A DNA stretch of 64,000 bases from assembly GCA_964016885.1 (NCBI GenBank), contig OZ024743.1, forward strand, positions 243,164,001-243,228,000. Direction: 5' to 3'. Below are positions 57,601 to 64,000 of this stretch, piece by piece. The notes under the pieces were generated by a model that did no database searches, was not told where the DNA came from, and was given only the letters and a program-made list of their open reading frames with translations. How positions within the stretch are numbered: the first letter of the stretch is position 1; each line of letters begins with the position of its first letter. Both the position numbers and the translations under genes were made by a program. The DNA comes from Eledone cirrhosa. Lineage: Eukaryota.

Positions 57601-58430
57601 GTAAACACAGCTGTACCACCCAAAATGGTTTGGTTTAATTGTAGTAGACACAGCTGTACCAACCAAAATGGTTTGGTATAATTGTAGTAGACACAACTGT
57701 ACCAACCAAAATGGTTTGGTATAATTGTAGTAGACACAGCTGTACCAACCAAAATGTTTTGGTATAATTGTAGTAGACACAGCTGTACCAACCAAAATGG
57801 TTTGGTATAATTTTAGTAGCCACAGCTGTACCAACTAAAATGCTTTGGTATAATTGTAGTAGACACAGCTGTACCAACCAAAATGGTTTGGTATAATTGT
57901 AGTAGACACAGCTGTACCAACCAAAATGGTTTGGTATAATTGTGGTAGCCACAGCTGTACCAACTAAAATGGTTTGGTATAATTGTAGTAGCCACAGCTG
58001 TACCAACCAAAATGGTTTGGTATAATTGTAGTAGACACAACTGTACCAACCAAAATGGTTTGGTATAATTGTAGTAGACACAGCTGTACCAACCAAAATG
58101 GTTTGGTATAATTTTAGTAGCCACAGCTGTACCAACCAAAATGGTTTGTTATAATTGTAGAGGCCACAGCTGTACCAACCAAAATGGTTTGGTATAATTG
58201 TAGTAGACACAGCTGTACCAACCAAAATGCTTTGGTATAATTGTAGTAGCCACAGCTGTACCAACCAAAATGGTTTGGTATAATTGTAGTAGCCACAGCT
58301 GTACCAACCAAAATGGTTTGGTATAATTGTAGTAGACACAGCTGTACCAACCAGAATGGTTTGGTATAATTGTAGTAGACACAGCTGTACCAAGCAAAAT
58401 GGTTTGGTATAATTGTAGTAGACACAGCTG
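54700..58430. repeat. Tandem duplication, period ~1863 bp (43 monomers), several differences between copies
   Basis: ORF offsets 54953/56816, 55233/57096, 55636/57499 and 55950/57813 all equal 1863. Shared private variants include AGTACACACA, CACAAGTGTACC, CCAGCAAAAA, CCAAAAGGGTTT and TAGAGGCC. Confidence 0.9.
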
Positions 58431-59467
58431 TACCAACCAAAATGGTTTGGTTTAATTGTAGTAGACACAAGGCACTGTATCAACCAAAATAGTTTGGTAT
58501 AATTTTAGTAGCCACAGCTGTACCAACTAAAATGCTTTGGTATAATTGTAGTAGACACAGCTGTACCAACCAAAATGGTTTGGTTTAATTGTAGTAGACA
58601 CAGCTGTACCAACCAAAATGGTTTGGTATAATTGTAGTAGACACAGCTGTACCAACCAAAATGGTTTGGTATAATTGTAGTAGACACAGATGTACCAACC
58701 AAAATGGTTTGGTATAATTATAGTAGACACAGCTGTACCAACCAAAATGGTTTGGTATAATTTTAGTAGCCACAGCTGTACCAACTAAGATGCTTTGGTA
58801 TAATTGTAGTAGACACAGAACTGTACCAACCAAAATGGTTTGGTATAATTGTAGTAGACACAGCTGTACCAACCAAAATGGTTTAGTAATATTGTAGTAG
58901 ACACAGAACTGTACCAACAAAAATGGTTTGGTATAATTGTAGTAGACACAGCTGTACCAACCAAAATGGTTTGGTATAATTGTAGTAGACACAGCTGTAC
59001 AAACCAAAATGGTTTGGTATAATTGTAGTAGACACAGCTGTACCAACCAAAATGGTTTGGTATAATTGTAGTAGACACAGCTGTACCAACCAAAATGGTT
59101 TGGAATAATTTTAGTAGCCACAGCTGTACCAACTAAAATGCTTTGGTATAATTGTAGTAGACACAGCTGTACCAACCAAAATGGTTTGGTATAATTGTAG
59201 TAGACACAAATGTACCAACCAAAATGGTTTGGTATAATTGTAGTAGACACAGCTGTACCAACCAAAATGGTTTGGTATAATTGTAGTAGACACAGCTGTA
59301 CGAACCAAAATGGTTTTGTATAATTGTAGTAGACACAGCTGTACCAACTAAAATGCTTTGGTATAATTGTAGTAGACACAGCTGTACCAACTAAAATGGT
59401 TTGGTATAATTTTAGTAGCCACAGCTGTACCAACCAAAATGGTTTGGTATAATTGTAGTAGACACAG

Positions 59468-62400
59468 CTGTACCAACCAAAATGGTTTGGTATAATTGTA
59501 GTAGACACAGCTGTACCAACCAAAATAGTTTGGTATAATTGTAGTAGACTCAAGGCACTTTATCAACCAAAATGGTTTGGTATAATTGTAGTAGACACAG
59601 CTGTACCAACCAAAATGGTTTAGTAATATTGTAGTAGACACAGAACTGTACCAACCAAAATGATTTGGTATAATTGTAGTAGACACAGCTGTACCAACCA
59701 AAATGGTTTGGTATAATTGTAGTAGACACAACTGTACCAACCAAAATGGTTTGGTATAATTGTAGTAGCCACAGCTGTACCAACTAAAATGCTTTGGTAT
59801 AATTGTAGTAGACACAGCTGTACCAACTAAAATGGTTTGGTATAATTTTAGTAGCCACAGCTGTACCAACTAAAATGGTTTGGTATAATTGTAGTAGCCA
59901 CAGCTGTACCAACCAAAATGGTTTGGTATAATTGTAGTAGACACAAGGCACTTTATCAACCAAAAGGGTTTGGTATAATTGTAGTAGACACAACTGTACC
60001 AACCAAAATGGTTTAGTAATATTGTAGTAGACACAGAACTGTACCAACCAAAATGATTTGGTATAATTGTAGTAGACACAGCTGTACCAACCAAAATGGT
60101 TTGGTATAATTGTAGTAAACACAGCTGTACCACCCAAAATGGTTTGGTTTAATTGTAGTAGACACAGCTGTACCAACCAAAATGGTTTGGTATAATTGTA
60201 GTAGACACAGCTGTACCAACCAAAATGGTTTGGTATAATTGTAGTAGACACAGCTGTACCAACCAAAATGGTTTGGTATAATTGTAGTAGACACAGCTGT
60301 ACCAACCAAAATGGTTTGGTATAATTTTAGTAGCCACAGCTGTACCAACTAAAATGCTCTGGTATAATTGTAGTAGACACAGCTGTACCAACCAAAATGG
60401 TTTGGTATAATTGTAGTAGACACAGCTGTACCAACCAAAATGGTTTGGTATAATTGTAGTAGCCACAGCTGTACCAACTAAAATGGTTTGGTATAATTGT
60501 AGTAGCCACAGCTGTACCAACCAAAATGGTTTGGTATAATTGTAGTAGACACAGCTGTACCAACCAGAATGGTTTGGTATAATTGTAGTAGACACAGCTG
60601 TACCAAACAAAATGGTTTGGTATAATTGTAGTAGACACAGCTGTACCAACCAAAATGTTTTGGAATAATTTTAGTAGCCACAGCTGTACCAACTAAAATG
60701 CTTTGGTATAATTGTAGTAGACACAGCTGTACCAACCAAAATGGTTTGGTATAATTGTAGTAGACACAAATGTACCAACCAAAATGGTTTGGTATAATTG
60801 TAGTAGACACAGCTGTACCAACCAAAATGGTTTGGTATAATTGTAGTAGACACAGCTGTACGAACCAAAATGGTTTTGTATAATTGTAGTAGACACAGCT
60901 GTACCAACTAAAATGCTTTGGTATAATTGTAGTGGACACAGCTGTACCAACTAAAATGGTTTGGTATAATTTTAGTAGCCACAGCTGTACCAACCAAAAT
61001 GTTTTGGTATAATTGTAGTAGACACAGCTGTACCAACCAAAATGGTTTGGTATAATTGTAGTAGACACAGAACTGTACCAACCAAAATGGTTTGGTATAA
61101 TTGTAGTAGCCACAGCTGTACCAACCAAAATGGTTTGGTATAATTGTAGTAGACACAGCTGTACCAACCAAAATGGTTTGGTATAATTGTAGTAGACACA
61201 GCTGTACCAACCAAAATAGTTTGGTATAATTGTAGTAGACTCAAGGCACTTTATCAACCAAAATGGTTTGGTATAATTGTAGTAGACACAGCTGTACCAA
61301 CCAAAATGTTTTAGTAATATTGTAGTAGACACAGAACTGTACCAACCAAAATGATTTGGTATAATTGTAGTAGACACAGCTGTACCAACCAAAATGGTTT
61401 GGTATAATTGTAGTAGACACAGCTGTACCAACCAACATGGTTTGGTATAATTGTAGTAGACACAGCTGTACCAACCAAAAGGGTTTGGTATGATTTTAGT
61501 AGCCACAGCTGTACCAACTAAAATGCTTTGGTATAATTGTAGTAGACACAGCTGTACCAACCAAAATGATTTGGTATAATTGTAGTAGACACAGCTGTAC
61601 CAACCAAAATGGTTTGGTATAATTGTAGTAGCCACGGCTATACCAACCAAAATGGTTTGGTATAATTGTAGTAGCCACAGCTGTACCAACCAAAATGGTT
61701 TGGTATAATTGTAGTAGACACAACTGTACCAACCAAAATGGTTTGGTATAATTGTAGTAGACACAGCTGTACCAACCAAAATAGTTTGGTATAATTGTAG
61801 TAGACTCAAGGCACTTTATCAACCAAAATGGTTTGGTATAATTGTAGTAGACACAGCTGTACCAACCAAAATGGTTTAGTAATATTGTAGTAGACACAGA
61901 ACTGTACCAACCAAAATGATTTGGTATAATTGTAGTAGACACAGCTGTACCAACCAAAATGGTTTGGTATAATTGTAGTAGACACAACTGTACCAACCAA
62001 AATGGTTTGGTATAATTGTAGTAGCCACAGCTGTACCAACTAAAATGCTTTGGTATAATTGTAGTAGACACAGCTGTACCAACTAAAATGGTTTGGTATA
62101 ATTTTAGTAGCCACAGCTGTACCAACTAAAATGGTTTGGTATAATTGTAGTAGCCACAGCTGTACCAACCAAAATGGTTTGGTATAATTGTAGTAGACAC
62201 AAGGCACTTTATCAACCAAAAGGGTTTGGTATAATTGTAGTAGACACAACTGTACCAACCAAAATGGTTTAGTAATATTGTAGTAGACACAGAACTGTAC
62301 CAACCAAAATGATTTGGTATAATTGTAGTAGACACAGCTGTACCAACCAAAATGGTTTGGTATAATTGTAGTAAACACAGCTGTACCACCCAAAATGGTT

Positions 62401-64000
62401 TGGTTTAATTGTAGTAGACACAGCTGTACCAACCAAAATGGTTTGGTATAATTGTAGTAGACACAGCTGTACCAACCAAAATGGTTTGGTATAATTGTAG
62501 TAGACACAGCTGTACCAACCAAAATGGTTTGGTATAATTGTAGTAGACACAGCTGTACCAACCAAAATGGTTTGGTATAATTTTAGTAGCCACAGCTGTA
62601 CCAACTAAAATGCTCTGGTATAATTGTAGTAGACACAGCTGTACCAACCAAAATGGTTTGGTATAATTGTAGTAGACACAGCTGTACCAACCAAAATGGT
62701 TTGGTATAATTGTAGTAGCCACAGCTGTACCAACTAAAATGGTTTGGTATAATTGTAGTAGCCACAGCTGTACCAACCAAAATGGTTTGGTATAATTGTA
62801 GTAGACACAGCTGTACCAACCAGAATGGTTTGGTATAATTGTAGTAGACACAGCTGTACCAAACAAAATGGTTTGGTATAATTGTAGTAGACACAGCTGT
62901 ACCAACCAAAATGTTTTGGAATAATTTTAGTAGCCACAGCTGTACCAACTAAAATGCTTTGGTATAATTGTAGTAGACACAGCTGTACCAACCAAAATGG
63001 TTTGGTATAATTGTAGTAGACACAAATGTACCAACCAAAATGGTTTGGTATAATTGTAGTAGACACAGCTGTACCAACCAAAATGGTTTGGTATAATTGT
63101 AGTAGACACAGCTGTACGAACCAAAATGGTTTTGTATAATTGTAGTAGACACAGCTGTACCAACTAAAATGCTTTGGTATAATTGTAGTGGACACAGCTG
63201 TACCAACTAAAATGGTTTGGTATAATTTTAGTAGCCACAGCTGTACCAACCAAAATGTTTTGGTATAATTGTAGTAGACACAGCTGTACCAACCAAAATG
63301 GTTTGGTATAATTGTAGTAGACACAGAACTGTACCAACCAAAATGGTTTGGTATAATTGTAGTAGCCACAGCTGTACCAACCAAAATGGTTTGGTATAAT
63401 TGTAGTAGACACAGCTGTACCAACCAAAATGGTTTGGTATAATTGTAGTAGACACAGCTGTACCAACCAAAATAGTTTGGTATAATTGTAGTAGACTCAA
63501 GGCACTTTATCAACCAAAATGGTTTGGTATAATTGTAGTAGACACAGCTGTACCAACCAAAATGTTTTAGTAATATTGTAGTAGACACAGAACTGTACCA
63601 ACCAAAATGATTTGGTATAATTGTAGTAGACACAGCTGTACCAACCAAAATGGTTTGGTATAATTGTAGTAGACACAGCTGTACCAACCAACATGGTTTG
63701 GTATAATTGTAGTAGACACAGCTGTACCAACCAAAAGGGTTTGGTATGATTTTAGTAGCCACAGCTGTACCAACTAAAATGCTTTGGTATAATTGTAGTA
63801 GACACAGCTGTACCAACCAAAATGATTTGGTATAATTGTAGTAGACACAGCTGTACCAACCAAAATGGTTTGGTATAATTGTAGTAGCCACGGCTATACC
63901 AACCAAAATGGTTTGGTATAATTGTAGTAGCCACAGCTGTACCAACCAAAATGGTTTGGTATAATTGTAGTAGACACAACTGTACCAACCAAAATGGTTT
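59468..64000. repeat. Near-identical tandem duplication, period 2256 bp (52 monomers), runs to the window end
   Basis: Identical ORFs at offset 2256 (59550/61806, 59784/62040, 60327/62583, 61241/63497). Shared private variants include ATGCTCTGG, GCCACGGCTATACC and GGTATGATTTTAG. Confidence 0.92.

Larger units (their letters stand above)
1..64000. repeat. Tandem satellite array, 43-bp monomer (consensus CCAAAATGGTTTGGTATAATTGTAGTAGACACAGCTGTACCAA), ~1,470-1,480 head-to-tail copies, extends beyond both window ends
   Basis: The monomer can be read continuously from base 1 to 64000 in one orientation. Most copies differ from consensus at 0-3 positions. Common variants are GAC>GCC, ATTG>ATTT, AACC>AACT, TGGTTT>TGCTTT/TGATTT, a 45-bp form (CACAGAACTG), a 47-bp form (CACAAGGCACTGTATC) and a 41-bp form (GACAGCTG). 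Confidence 0.99.

Noticed and set aside
15-63970. TATAAT in each monomer as a bacterial sigma70 -10 box or TATA-like promoter
   Set aside because: It is part of the repeat unit. There is no convincing TTGACA at the proper spacing, no downstream gene, and no sign that this is prokaryotic DNA.
212-63988. Hundreds of minus-strand ORFs (60-443 aa) as real CDS, including the longest at 60478..61809, 62734..63945, 42576..43766 and 27100..28272
   Set aside because: All three frames are open at once and give the same cyclic peptide. Starts and stops are set by monomer variants. There is no unique domain and no frame preservation, and 43 is not a multiple of 3.
1-64000. CRISPR array (palindromic repeat of CRISPR-like length)
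   Set aside because: The repeats abut directly with no unique spacers, and there is no leader or cas gene. The variable positions are SNPs and small indels of the same monomer.
1-64000. Telomerase-made telomeric repeat or G-quadruplex array (TGGTTTGG motif)
   Set aside because: The unit is longer than telomerase repeats I know and has only GG doublets and no overall G-strand bias. Variants propagate by kb-scale block duplication rather than templated re-synthesis. A subtelomeric location is not excluded.
1-64000. Integron attC-like or recombination-cassette array, or intrinsic terminators, suggested by the bulged hairpin
   Set aside because: No cassette ORFs lie between the hairpins and there is no integrase or conserved RYYYAAC/GTTRRRY box pair. 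The stems lack a following U-tract and an upstream gene.
1-64000. Variant order as an information-bearing code or diversity-generating system
   Set aside because: The order is explained by nested duplication, deletion and patch copying of pre-existing variants. No reverse transcriptase, recombinase or target gene is present in the window.
1-64000. Hidden transposon fragment, inversion or unique island inside the array
   Set aside because: Reading through the window and the ORF track showed no non-monomer sequence and no strand switch; long ORFs stay on the minus strand throughout.

Overview
The whole 64 kb window is one uninterrupted, single-orientation tandem array (satellite DNA) of a 43-bp monomer, about 1,470-1,480 copies. 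The + strand consensus is CCAAAATGGTTTGGTATAATTGTAGTAGACACAGCTGTACCAA (16/43 GC, no CpG). The array runs off both ends of the window. I see no unique sequence, gene, RNA gene, transposon or CRISPR spacer. The hundreds of minus-strand ORFs arise because the consensus has no stop triplet on that strand; they all read the same 43-aa cycle. The interesting content is structural. (1) Almost the whole monomer is a degenerate palindrome that could fold into a hairpin. (2) Recurrent length variants (41, 45 and 47 bp) and linked variant cassettes punctuate the array about once per kb. (3) There is a nested hierarchy of block duplications (262, 1169, 1863, 2132, 2256, 4076, ~4.7-4.9k, 5468, ~7.5-8.0k and 8865/9037 bp), with some breakpoints resolvable to a few bases. 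(4) Diagnostic variants accumulate stepwise from left to right and define three domains. This looks like eukaryotic (peri)centromeric or heterochromatic satellite, but I cannot name the family or organism. Nothing here supports a new protein-coding system. Block boundaries were read by eye and from ORF-track offsets, so they are approximate.
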